A stretch of DNA of 35,789 nucleotides from an uncultured beta proteobacterium (GTDB taxonomy: Bacteria > Pseudomonadota > Gammaproteobacteria > Burkholderiales > Burkholderiaceae_C): assembly GCA_903859265.1 (NCBI GenBank), contig CAIOLZ010000304.1, forward strand, positions 1-35,789, in the 5' to 3' direction. The notes under the pieces are model-generated. The model saw only the letters and a program-made list of their open reading frames with translations, did no database searches and was not told the origin of the DNA. This document shows positions 1 through 7,675 of this stretch, one piece after another; the first letter of the stretch is position 1, and every line of letters starts with the position of its first letter. Position numbers and translations under genes: made by a program.

Positions 1-1
1 A

Positions 2-307
2 CGTGGCGGCAAACACGCCGGCTACTACAACTCGGTATCGGCCTCCTGGGGTTGGCAAGCGGGCGCAGAGTCCTACGGCTATGTCGTGTTCCTGATGAAC
101 GAAAGGGCGGTGCAATATCTCAACAAGTCAAAAGGCTGGGAAATTGGCGTTGGCCCGACTGTCGTTGTGGTTGACGAGGGGGCCGCAAAAAACCTGTCAA
201 CGACGACCCTCAAGGACGACGCCTATGCCTTCATCTTTGACCAGCAGGGCCTGATGGCGAGTTTGAGTATTGAAGGCACAAAAATTTCTCCGATCCACAA
301 AAAATAA
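2..307 (+). CDS. Ysc84/SYLF lipid-binding domain protein, 5'-truncated by window edge
   Basis: Frame is open from base 2: RGGKHAGYYNSVSASWGWQAGAESYGYVVFLM...GWEIGVGPTVVVVDEGAAK...AFIFDQQGLMASLSIEGTKI, typical of bacterial Ysc84-related proteins. Confidence 0.8.
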   Translation, partial: RGGKHAGYYNSVSASWGWQAGAESYGYVVFLMNERAVQYLNKSKGWEIGVGPTVVVVDEGAAKNLSTTTLKDDAYAFIFDQQGLMASLSIEGTKISPIHKK

Positions 308-323
308 TAGGAAAGGAAATCCC

Positions 324-743
324 ATGAACACCATCCGCGCAGGCAACGCTGTGCAACCAGCCGCAAGCCGGCCGCTCGAACGCCTGGCCTGGATGGCTTC
401 GGCGCTTGTCATGCTTGCGTGTTCGGCCGGATGCGCCAACACGACTTTGAAAAGCGACAAGCTGCAACTCGCGCGCCAGTCCGAAGTTCACGCGGCCAAC
501 ATGGGCGCCAACGAATTTGCGCCGGTTGAGATGCAGGCTGCAAGGGACCGGCTGGGGTATGCACAAACTGCCCTCGATTCCGGCGATCTGGCCTGGGCCA
601 ATGCCTTGAGCGATGAAGCCCTGGTGGACACCCGGCTAGCAGAGGCAAAAGTGCAGGCAGTCAAGGCCGAAAAGGCCGCCAGCGAGCTGGCGCAGTCCCG
701 TCGCGCGCTGCAAAGCGAAATCCAGAACAATCTCAAGCCATAG
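324..743 (+). CDS. DUF4398 domain lipoprotein
   Basis: ATG 324 after RBS GGAAAGGA; lipobox-like SAGC; GANEFAPVEMQAARDRL...ALVDTRLAEAK; sits directly upstream of OmpA as is usual for this family. Confidence 0.8.
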   Translation: MNTIRAGNAVQPAASRPLERLAWMASALVMLACSAGCANTTLKSDKLQLARQSEVHAANMGANEFAPVEMQAARDRLGYAQTALDSGDLAWANALSDEALVDTRLAEAKVQAVKAEKAASELAQSRRALQSEIQNNLKP

Positions 744-752
744 GTCGCCACC

Positions 753-1664
753 ATGAATACGCCACAAAAAATTCTGTTCACCGCCATCGCGGTTGCGGTG
801 CTGCAGGCCTGCACATCAGTACCGATCGAGAATGCCAACCTTACCGCGGCGCAGTCGGAGTTCAAGGCCGCTCAGGACACGCCGTCCGTTGCGGCGCTTG
901 CCGGCGCCGAGCTGGGAGACGCCAAGGCCACGCTCGATCAGGCCAACGATATCTGGGCCACACAGGGAAGCCGGTCTGATGTCGATCATCTGGCCTACAT
1001 GGCCAGTAAAAAAGTGGCCATTGCCCGCACGGCTGCGAGCCAGCGACAGGCGGAAAAGGCCATCGATGCCGCGCAGAGCCAGCGCCAGCAAACGCTGCTG
1101 ATCGCCCGTACCGCGGAGGCCGAAAATGCGCAGCGCAGTGCACAGGATTCCCGGATTGCGGCGGACTCCGCCACCCAGCAAGCCCAGGCAGCAATGGCGC
1201 AGACGGCGCTGGCGCGCCAGGACGCACAGGCGGCAAATGCCAACGCTGCTCAACTTCAGGATCGCCTGGCGGAACTCAAAGCCAAACAGACCGACCGGGG
1301 AATGGTTGTCACCATTGGTGACCTGCTTTTTGACAACAACAGCGCGGTGTTAAAACCTGCGGCTGAGCAAAGCGTGTCGCGGCTTGCGGCCTTTCTCAAA
1401 GCCTATCCCCTGCGCGTGGCCCTGGTTGAGGGTTACACCGACAGCGTGGGATCAGCCGACAGCAACCAACGACTCTCGGAGCGCCGCGCCGATTCAGTCC
1501 GCAGTGCGCTGCGCATGGACGGGATCGACAGCAGCCGGCTTGACGCACGCGGATACGGGGACAACTACCCGGTAGGGAATAACCAGTCAGCCGAAGGCCG
1601 CCTGAGCAACCGTCGCGTTGAAGTCGTCCTGTCCGACGATAGCGGGAAAGTCCTGCCAAGGTGA
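753..1664 (+). CDS. OmpA-family peptidoglycan-binding lipoprotein with N-terminal DUF4398 and coiled coil
   Basis: Lipobox LQAC; C-terminal OmpA_C motifs LLFD, VEGYTDSVGS..NQRLSERRA, NRRVE. Confidence 0.9.
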   Translation: MNTPQKILFTAIAVAVLQACTSVPIENANLTAAQSEFKAAQDTPSVAALAGAELGDAKATLDQANDIWATQGSRSDVDHLAYMASKKVAIARTAASQRQAEKAIDAAQSQRQQTLLIARTAEAENAQRSAQDSRIAADSATQQAQAAMAQTALARQDAQAANANAAQLQDRLAELKAKQTDRGMVVTIGDLLFDNNSAVLKPAAEQSVSRLAAFLKAYPLRVALVEGYTDSVGSADSNQRLSERRADSVRSALRMDGIDSSRLDARGYGDNYPVGNNQSAEGRLSNRRVEVVLSDDSGKVLPR

Positions 1665-1686
1665 TGATTGGCCGGTGACCGATAGC

Positions 1687-1716
1687 TTCGGCAGGGACGT
1701 TACCGTCCCTGCCGAA
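1687..1716. terminator. Probable bidirectional intrinsic terminator
   Basis: Perfect 13-bp stem TTCGGCAGGGACG-ttac-CGTCCCTGCCGAA between convergent ompA-like and rcnB-like genes, followed by ATTTTT. Confidence 0.75.
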
Positions 1717-1724
1717 AGCCATTT

Positions 1725-2102
1725 TTAACGGTTCAGCAAAAGTTCCAGGATTGCGCCGGTAGCGACGGCGGCGAGCACATAGTCACCACCGGTCTGGACC
1801 CAGTGATAGCCACGCGGCGGCGCGTGCAGCCCGTGGCCCCGCCAGTCATCGACCACATACTGGCGTGAGCGGTAATTCATCGGCAGATGGTCACCACGGT
1901 AAAAAGCATGGTCCGGTCCGGCACCGCGCTCGCCCGGGTTGTGCTCCCGCGCCTGGGGGCCGTGCCGGTTGCCGTCACGGCCCGCGTCGCGGCCGCGATC
2001 GCAGCCCTCCCGGCCGTTGCCGCAGGGTTGTGCGCCAACGCTGACTTGCATGACAAGCACTGAAGAGATCAGTGCGGTGGCTATGAGTCTGGTTTTTTTC
2101 AT
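1725..2102 (-). CDS. RcnB-family periplasmic protein
   Basis: Signal peptide, G/R/D-rich linker, then RGDHLP..YR...YVVDDWRGHGLHAPPRGYHWV..GGDYVL.AVATGAI signature. Confidence 0.85.
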   Translation of the reverse strand: MKKTRLIATALISSVLVMQVSVGAQPCGNGREGCDRGRDAGRDGNRHGPQAREHNPGERGAGPDHAFYRGDHLPMNYRSRQYVVDDWRGHGLHAPPRGYHWVQTGGDYVLAAVATGAILELLLNR

Positions 2103-2105
2103 ATA

Positions 2106-2732
2106 TTAAAAGTGCATCCGCACACCGAGGGTGGTTGCGGCGACCCGCTGCGAATCAGTGCCCGCGAACTTCAGGTAGTGTTCATCATACTGCAGCACTG
2201 CAGACCACTGTGGATTGATGACGAGTTCTGCGCCTACACCATAAGCCCAGTCAAAGCCTTGCTCGGTACCGGAAGCCACGCCGGAATTGGGCTGCGACGA
2301 AACGTCCGTATTCCCGTAAGTAGTACCCAGCTTGGCCAGGAAGTTAAAACTGGTACCGACGGGAATCTTGCCGATGAAGCTGATGTTGATTCCCTGCGCC
2401 TTGGAACTGCCGCCGCCGCGCGATACGCTGCCGAAGTTGTCGTAGCCGATTTCCATACCGACGTTGGGCGCCAGGAAGTAATTGCCATAGGTCAGGCTGT
2501 AAGCCGTGTCATGGCTGCTGGTGGAATACAGGCCGTTGCCCGAATCCAGCCTTGAAAAGTCGGATTGGCCGGCATTGATGCCCACGTAGCTTTGACCTGC
2601 GGACATCGGGCCCATTGTGGAGGTCTGGGCTGTGGCCATGTGCGCGCAGCACAGCAACACGGAGGCCGCCAGCAACTTGTGCACAGGGCGTGAAGCGCGG
2701 GCGGATCGATTTTTGGAAAGAGAATGGTTCAT
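2106..2732 (-). CDS. Outer-membrane beta-barrel protein (OmpA-like transmembrane domain)
   Basis: Signal peptide, YVGINAGQS, GMEIGY, YGVGAE, C-terminal aromatic strand GVRMHF. Confidence 0.85.
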   Translation of the reverse strand: MNHSLSKNRSARASRPVHKLLAASVLLCCAHMATAQTSTMGPMSAGQSYVGINAGQSDFSRLDSGNGLYSTSSHDTAYSLTYGNYFLAPNVGMEIGYDNFGSVSRGGGSSKAQGINISFIGKIPVGTSFNFLAKLGTTYGNTDVSSQPNSGVASGTEQGFDWAYGVGAELVINPQWSAVLQYDEHYLKFAGTDSQRVAATTLGVRMHF

Positions 2733-2803
2733 GGAATTTTCCTTTGCATGACGTTTTTTAGGCTAGGCAAATTTGAATATGCGGCCGATGCCCGGAAAAT
2801 ACG

Positions 2804-2817
2804 GTGCGCTGCAGCGC
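2804..2817 (-). promoter_or_regulatory. Degenerate GTNCG-N4-CGNAC box; -10-like CATATT at 2781-2776
   Basis: Minus strand reads GCGCT-GCAG-CGCAC-CG; promoter-proximal half is perfect, distal half degenerate; 22-bp spacing to the hexamer; upstream of the beta-barrel/rcnB pair. Confidence 0.5.
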
Positions 2818-2828
2818 ATTGGCTGCAA

Positions 2829-3203
2829 TCAGACGGAAATGCCCGCCATCTGGTGGTAATGCGCAAACCAGTGTCGTGCCAAAGCCACCAATTCGTTGTC
2901 GCTGGGGTGGTCCACCGGCGCGTAGCCCGCTATGTGCAAAGCGATCGCCGGTCGGTGCTTTTGCGCGTAATGCTTGAAGTCGGATATGCCGGTATGGCCG
3001 CCGACTACCAGAACTTCTTCCACGCCGATCAACCCATCGCAGACTTTGCCAAGGAATTCGTGTTTGGAGCGTTCGTTGCGTTCGTCCTGACCGCGCAGAT
3101 GCAAGTGGGCGTTGACCTTTTGCTCATGCGTATGTTCGGAGCCGAATTGCACGATCCTCGCGCAATGGTGGTCAACAAAAACGACGGCATGGTAGAAGGG
3201 CAT
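2829..3203 (-). CDS. Small eRF1-domain-2/host-attachment-like protein (often annotated 'translational machinery protein')
   Basis: HAVVFVDHHCARIVQF...EEVLVVGG...DHPSDNELVALARHWF pattern; start could also be 3212. Confidence 0.6.
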   Translation of the reverse strand: MPFYHAVVFVDHHCARIVQFGSEHTHEQKVNAHLHLRGQDERNERSKHEFLGKVCDGLIGVEEVLVVGGHTGISDFKHYAQKHRPAIALHIAGYAPVDHPSDNELVALARHWFAHYHQMAGISV

Positions 3204-3266
3204 AGAAGACATCCATTCAGGGTTGTGGAGGAAAAAAATACACTTTGACGGCAAATTTGGTGGTAA

Positions 3267-3848
3267 CTACTCACGCGTACCAAACACTTCATCCCACAGG
3301 CTGTTGCTTACACCAAAGTGGCAGGGCTTGCTCATTGCACCGCGGGCCTTCAGGTGGTGGGCGCTGTGGTGCATGGCGTGGCGAATCCGGCACTGCGTGA
3401 TCCACGCGTTATTGCTGATCCAGACCGGTGTTCTGTGGTGGGTTGCGTGATGGGCCACGCTATAAACCAGATAGCCGCTCATCAGCCCAAGCGTCAGCGC
3501 CAGCGCGTGCCAACCGCCAGTCAGCCACCAGGCGGGCAAAGTTGCCAGCAGCAGAAACAGCGAAAGGCTCAGGGCAATCGGAGACGCGATCAGCGCCGCC
3601 GGGCGCTGGTGGTGCAGCCCGTGCCAGTTTGAAAACGGTGCGACGCCGTGCAACACAAACCGGTGCAACAGGTACTCCAGCAATGACCACAACACGCCGC
3701 CACCCACAACCCACAACAGCAGTTCCCAGGCGCTCCCTGCAGGGTGAAACGACATCAGAGCCGTCGCATTTGCCGCGCATAACAGTGTGTACAACGCGAA
3801 ATCCAGGCGGTAGGCTACGGAGCTATGTTCCATGGAGAGCAGGGACAT
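3267..3848 (-). CDS. Fatty acid hydroxylase / sterol desaturase family membrane protein
   Basis: His boxes EYLLHRFVLH, HGLHH, HHATHH, HAMHH and FGVSNSLWDEVFGT; ATG 3848 with GAGGA RBS. Confidence 0.9.
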   Translation of the reverse strand: MSLLSMEHSSVAYRLDFALYTLLCAANATALMSFHPAGSAWELLLWVVGGGVLWSLLEYLLHRFVLHGVAPFSNWHGLHHQRPAALIASPIALSLSLFLLLATLPAWWLTGGWHALALTLGLMSGYLVYSVAHHATHHRTPVWISNNAWITQCRIRHAMHHSAHHLKARGAMSKPCHFGVSNSLWDEVFGTRE

Positions 3849-3935
3849 ACGTTTCCTCAAGACAGGGCCGGCATCTGCGCGGCGCACAGTCTCATGGCTT
3901 GCGGGCAAGTCTGATTTGCTGGCGGTCGGAAGTCT

Positions 3936-3949
3936 GTGCGGCAGCACAC
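3936..3949 (-). promoter_or_regulatory. GTNCG-N4-CGNAC box driving leftward promoter; -10-like CAGACT at 3913-3908
   Basis: Plus-strand GTGCG-GCAG-CACAC; 22 bp to the hexamer; GTCTGTGCGGCAGC is identical at 3932 and 6351. Confidence 0.7.
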
Positions 3950-3970
3950 GGCAAGGGCTGCGGCGTGGAG

Positions 3971-3984
3971 GTACGGCATCGCAC
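3971..3984 (+). promoter_or_regulatory. GTNCG-N4-CGNAC box driving rightward promoter; -10 TACGAT at 4007-4012
   Basis: GTACG-GCAT-CGCAC-AGAC; 22 bp to the hexamer. Confidence 0.75.
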
Positions 3985-4081
3985 AGACGGGCCGCCGCGG
4001 CCTGCCTACGATCCGCAATGGAGCCAGGCACCCTATCGGACCCGCCGATGCCAGCTTGTCTCAACCTCCAAGGAAAATGCC

Positions 4082-4369
4082 ATGCGTACCGTTCGTGAAG
4101 ACTATGCTGAAAAAGTCAAACTGCAGCTTGATGAACTCAACGCCAAAGTCGATGCGCTGGAAGCCCGCATGCACGACGCGCGTGCCGATGTCCGTGCCAG
4201 CTACCGCTCGGAACTCTCCAAGTTGCGCCACCAGTCGGAGCTGGCTACGGCGCAACTTGCGCAGGTCCGGGCCAGCGGCGAAGCCTCCTGGGACAAGTTG
4301 GTACTGGAGATGGACAAGGTCCGCGATGCCTTCATGCACTCACTGAACTATTTCAAATCGCAGTTCTGA
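4082..4369 (+). CDS. Small coiled-coil stress-response-type protein
   Basis: ATG after AAGGA RBS; [24 protein letters not shown]...[10 protein letters not shown] pattern of small coiled-coil proteins common in such clusters. Confidence 0.75.
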   Translation: MRTVREDYAEKVKLQLDELNAKVDALEARMHDARADVRASYRSELSKLRHQSELATAQLAQVRASGEASWDKLVLEMDKVRDAFMHSLNYFKSQF

Positions 4370-4388
4370 TGTATCCGGATCGGTAGCG

Positions 4389-5366
4389 ATGCAATACAAG
4401 GACTATTACAAGTTGCTTGGGGTGGAGCGCGGTGCCAGCGCAGACGAAATCAAAAAGGCCTACCGCAAGCAGGCGCGCAAGTTTCATCCGGACATGAACA
4501 AGAGCAGCACGGCCACGCAAAGCATGTCGGAAATCAACGAGGCCCATGACGTGCTCGGCGATGCCCAAAAGCGCGAAGCCTATGACACATTGGGCACGCA
4601 GCGCGATGATCCGCAGGGTCAGGACCCAAGAGCCGGTGCGCAGGGCTTTCAAAAGCCCGGCAACTGGTCGGACTTTTATCCTTTCGCCAACGGTGCAGGC
4701 GAGTCGGATGCAGCGGGCTCACACAGCGATTTTTTTGAGCAGCTGTTTGGCAACCGGGGCCGTGGCAGACAGGGCCCGAGTGGCCCGGTCCGCGGCGCGG
4801 ACCAGGAGGCGAGCATCGCGCTGGACTTGCGCGATGCCTACCAGGGTGCCCAAAAAACACTTTCCTTGCGCAGCGTGGACAGCCAGACAGGTGACAGCGC
4901 GCCACCCACCGAGTTGCAGGTGAGCATTCCCATAGGCGTGTTCGAAGGCCAGAAGATCCGTTTAGCCGGGCGTGGCAGCGCCGGAACTGGTGGAGGCCCG
5001 GCCGGGGATTTGCTGCTGGCGGTGCATTTCAGGCCGGACTTCAGCTGGCGCACCAAGGGTCGGGACGTTTATGGTCCGCTGCTGCTGGCGCCCTGGGAGG
5101 CGGTGCTGAGTCCCTGGCTGGAAGTGGGCACGCCGGTTGGCCGGACCGAGGTAAAAATTCCTGCGGACTGGAAGCTTGGCCGCACCATTCGGCTCAAAGG
5201 GCATGGCATTCCCGCCAGTGCATCGTCCGGTAAAACCAGACACCTGGCAGGTGACCTGTATCTGGAACTCGCGGTGGCACTTCCCCCGGCGGATACCGGC
5301 GCTGCCCGGGATGCCTATGCGGCCCTGCAACATGCTTTCCCGGACTTCCATCCCCGTGGAGGGTGA
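4389..5366 (+). CDS. cbpA: CbpA-like DnaJ-class chaperone (J domain plus C-terminal domain, no Zn finger)
   Basis: [12 protein letters not shown]...KFHPD J-domain, [26 protein letters not shown]. Confidence 0.8.
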   Translation: MQYKDYYKLLGVERGASADEIKKAYRKQARKFHPDMNKSSTATQSMSEINEAHDVLGDAQKREAYDTLGTQRDDPQGQDPRAGAQGFQKPGNWSDFYPFANGAGESDAAGSHSDFFEQLFGNRGRGRQGPSGPVRGADQEASIALDLRDAYQGAQKTLSLRSVDSQTGDSAPPTELQVSIPIGVFEGQKIRLAGRGSAGTGGGPAGDLLLAVHFRPDFSWRTKGRDVYGPLLLAPWEAVLSPWLEVGTPVGRTEVKIPADWKLGRTIRLKGHGIPASASSGKTRHLAGDLYLELAVALPPADTGAARDAYAALQHAFPDFHPRGG

Positions 5367-5395
5367 AGCAGCTCACCGGATCAATGCGGCGACCT

Positions 5396-5581
5396 TCATA
5401 GTTTGCGCAAGGCGAAGACGGCAAGCACCAGCACGCTGATCCCGCGGACCGTGATCCGGCAACGTGGGCCCAGCAGCCGCTGGCAAAGATGGGTCGCGTC
5501 ACGCGCAACGCCTTGGTAGCCATCGTCGAGTTGCAGTTGCAACTGCGCGATCTGCAGGTCAAGGCGGTGGCGGTGTCTCAT
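5396..5581 (-). CDS. Small hypothetical membrane-anchored protein (positionally YqjK-like)
   Basis: Start overlaps the upstream stop (ATGA); helical N-terminus and hydrophobic C-terminus; third gene after ElaB/YqjD-like and YqjE-like genes. Confidence 0.4.
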   Translation of the reverse strand: MRHRHRLDLQIAQLQLQLDDGYQGVARDATHLCQRLLGPRCRITVRGISVLVLAVFALRKL

Positions 5582-5982
5582 AGCGTCGGAGGGGCTGGCT
5601 TTTTACGCCTTCGCAGACTGTCACGGCTGGCCGGAAAGGTCAGTGCGCGCGCCTCGCGCTGAATCGCAGTCACAAAAAGCATCACGCCACCGAGATTGAG
5701 AAGGCTCGACAGCAGCATGGAAAGACTGGGTCGGAGACCTTCTTCCATGAGCCACAGAACCAGTGCAGCCGTCAAACCGAGAAAGGTCAGCGCCAGCAGC
5801 AGCCCGATGGCGGCACTGAATGCTGCAATCGCGACCAGTCCCCAAGCCGCCCGGCGTGCTTCGAGCGCCAGCAGCTGAAGATGGATGCGCAGCAGAGACT
5901 GCACACCTTCGAACAGCTTCCATCCCTGTGCGATCAGGCCGTCCTGCGGCGGGTCTTGCGGTGGCGCGTCGCTTGCTGGCAT
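5578..5982 (-). CDS. YqjE-like / phage-holin superfamily membrane protein
   Basis: LRIHLQLLALEARRA followed by two TM segments and FPASRDSL; follows a DUF883-like gene. Confidence 0.7.
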   Translation of the reverse strand: MPASDAPPQDPPQDGLIAQGWKLFEGVQSLLRIHLQLLALEARRAAWGLVAIAAFSAAIGLLLALTFLGLTAALVLWLMEEGLRPSLSMLLSSLLNLGGVMLFVTAIQREARALTFPASRDSLRRRKKPAPPTL

Positions 5983-5986
5983 GCGT

Positions 5987-6298
5987 TTAACGGTGCCGCA
6001 GTGCCCAGCCCAGCAGGTAGCCGGAGGCGATGGCAATGCCGATGGATGTCAGCGGCTTTTCGCGGATGTAGTTGCGCGAGCAACGGGTTGCGCGCGCTTG
6101 TGCGTCTTTGATGCTCTCTCCGGACGACTCGACTTTGTCGGCGGCCTGCGTCACCACATGCGACAGGCGTTCCACTGCATCGTGCACGCCGGATACGAGC
6201 ATATCCATCACGGGGCGCAATGTGTCGGCGGTCTTGTCGGCAGCGTTGTCAAAGGCTTGATGGGCGCTGTCGCCCAGGCCGGTCGTTGAATCGTTCAT
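5987..6298 (-). CDS. DUF883/ElaB/YqjD-like tail-anchored protein
   Basis: Amphipathic helical body; C-terminal YIREKPLTSIGIAIASGYLLGWALRHR; AGGA RBS. Confidence 0.8.
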   Translation of the reverse strand: MNDSTTGLGDSAHQAFDNAADKTADTLRPVMDMLVSGVHDAVERLSHVVTQAADKVESSGESIKDAQARATRCSRNYIREKPLTSIGIAIASGYLLGWALRHR

Positions 6299-6354
6299 GA
6301 ATTTTCCTGTGGGTTGAATTTCAAGGAGCTTAGGAACCACCAGGACCGTCGTCT

Positions 6355-6368
6355 GTGCGGCAGCGAAC
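6355..6368 (-). promoter_or_regulatory. GTNCG-N4-CGNAC box driving elaB-like operon; -10 TAAGCT at 6332-6327
   Basis: Plus-strand GTGCG-GCAG-CGAAC; 22 bp to the hexamer. Confidence 0.8.
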
Positions 6369-6391
6369 GGATCAAACTTTCTTGGCGCTAT

Positions 6392-6405
6392 GTTCGACAG
6401 CGTAC
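6392..6405 (+). promoter_or_regulatory. GTNCG-N4-CGNAC box upstream of the Crp gene; -10 TAAGCT at 6427-6432
   Basis: GTTCG-ACAG-CGTAC; 21 bp to the hexamer. Confidence 0.75.
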
Positions 6406-6500
6406 GGTTGAGTGCACATAAATGGTTAAGCTATGTGCAAACAAATCAATAAGAGTGCGCTCTGCATCAACGGGGTTTGCATTACCAGGGGCCCTTTTGC

Positions 6501-7256
6501 ATGCTGTCTATTCACAGACCTTTTCAGAATCATCTTTTGGCGGCACTACCTGCGGCCGAATTTAAACGCATAGAAGGCAATTTGGAGCTCGTACAACTGC
6601 GGCTGGGCGAGGTGCTTTACGAATCCGGTTGCCAGCTGCACTATGTGTATTTCCCGACCACCGCCATTGTGTCGATACTTTACGTGCTGGCGGATGGGGC
6701 CTCTGCCGAGATTGCCATCGTGGGTAACGAGGGCATTCTGGGTATCTCGCTGTTTATGGGCGGCAATACAACACCGAGCCGGGCTGTTGTGCAAAGCGCG
6801 GGTTGGGGCTATCGGCTCAAGGCCCATGTGATGATGAAAGAATTTTCGCGTGGCGGGCCGCTGATGCGCTTGTTGTTGCGCTACACGCAGGCACTGATCA
6901 CGCAGATGACCCAAACCGCGGTGTGCAACCGTCACCATTCCATTGAGCAGCAGTTATGCCGCTGGCTTTTGCTGAGTCTGGACCGGCTGTCGTCGGATTC
7001 CCTGACCATGACGCAGGACCTGATTGCCAACATGCTGGGCGTGCGCCGCGAGGGTGTGACGGAAGCGGCTGGCAAATTGCAACGCGCAGGCTACATCCGG
7101 TATTCGCGCGGACATATCACCGTGCTCGACCGTCCAGGCCTGGAAGTGCGTGTGTGCGAGTGCTATGCCGTGGTCAACCGCGAATTCATCCGCCTGCTGT
7201 CCGACATTCCACCCGGCGACCCGAACCAAGTGTTGGGGAAGTCTTTGCCCGATTGA
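6501..7256 (+). CDS. Crp/Fnr-family transcriptional regulator (NHLLAAL...CNRHH...CECY subfamily)
   Basis: cNMP-like beta-barrel and HTH TQDLIANMLGVRREGVTEAAGKLQ; ATG 6501 after AGGGG. Confidence 0.95.
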   Translation: MLSIHRPFQNHLLAALPAAEFKRIEGNLELVQLRLGEVLYESGCQLHYVYFPTTAIVSILYVLADGASAEIAIVGNEGILGISLFMGGNTTPSRAVVQSAGWGYRLKAHVMMKEFSRGGPLMRLLLRYTQALITQMTQTAVCNRHHSIEQQLCRWLLLSLDRLSSDSLTMTQDLIANMLGVRREGVTEAAGKLQRAGYIRYSRGHITVLDRPGLEVRVCECYAVVNREFIRLLSDIPPGDPNQVLGKSLPD

Positions 7257-7276
7257 CAGCCGACACGGTGCGCTCG

Positions 7277-7290
7277 GTGGGCAAACGTAC
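7277..7290 (+). promoter_or_regulatory. GTNCG-N4-CGNAC box; -10-like CATTCT at 7313-7318
   Basis: tcg-GTGGG-CAAA-CGTAC-cga with palindromic flanks; 22 bp to the hexamer. Confidence 0.7.
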
Positions 7291-7363
7291 CGATGTCGGC
7301 GCTCTGTTCATGCATTCTTGGCCTCAGGGTCTTCTTGCCTGTTAACCAATCCAAGGAATTTGC

Positions 7364-7666
7364 ATGACCAGCACGAGCATTTTGGGCAATTCGCAATCTG
7401 CCGCCAACAGCCGCGTAGTGATGAAGCGGCGGGATGCGCGGCAAGCAGCGGGTACATTGAGCGGGATGCAAATCGCGCAGCTTGAAGCGGGCTTGGTGCG
7501 CCTTGTCGGTAGCCGTGGCACGCAGGCGCTGCTCGAGCGCGCTAGGTCATTGTCCGGGGAGCGCGCGCCATCGTCTGCTGTGCAGGAGCATACGTTGATG
7601 CCCTTGCTGGAAAGGCTGCTGGGCGATTCGCTGGCTGCCAGCCTGCGGGCGTCGTGTTTGCGCTAG
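7364..7666 (+). CDS. Hypothetical helical protein upstream of diguanylate cyclase
   Basis: AAGGA RBS; ends 9 bp before the GGDEF gene; LVRLVGSRGTQALLERA...LLERLLGDSL. Confidence 0.6.
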   Translation: MTSTSILGNSQSAANSRVVMKRRDARQAAGTLSGMQIAQLEAGLVRLVGSRGTQALLERARSLSGERAPSSAVQEHTLMPLLERLLGDSLAASLRASCLR

Positions 7667-7675
7667 ACGCAGGCC

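Noticed and set aside
2805-2818. Perfect 14-bp palindrome TGCGCTGCAGCGCA as a separate N6-spaced motif or terminator
   Set aside because: Single occurrence, no loop or U-tract; better explained as the degenerate box at 2804.
3874-3890. CTGCG-CGG-CGCACAG near-box
   Set aside because: Spacer is 3 bp instead of 4, there is no -10-like hexamer at the standard distance, and it lies in the predicted 5' UTR; at best a half-site.
3428-4081. Long N-terminal extensions in the ORF track (3428 start for the coiled-coil gene, 4064 start for the hydroxylase; similarly 19502, 26254, 30684, 18107)
   Set aside because: They overlap real genes or promoters and have low-information R/A/P-rich translation; internal ATGs with an RBS or translational coupling fit better.
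5578-5982. 'Phage holin' family gene as evidence of a prophage
   Set aside because: It is in an elaB/yqjE-like context with no phage genes, integrase or att sites nearby.
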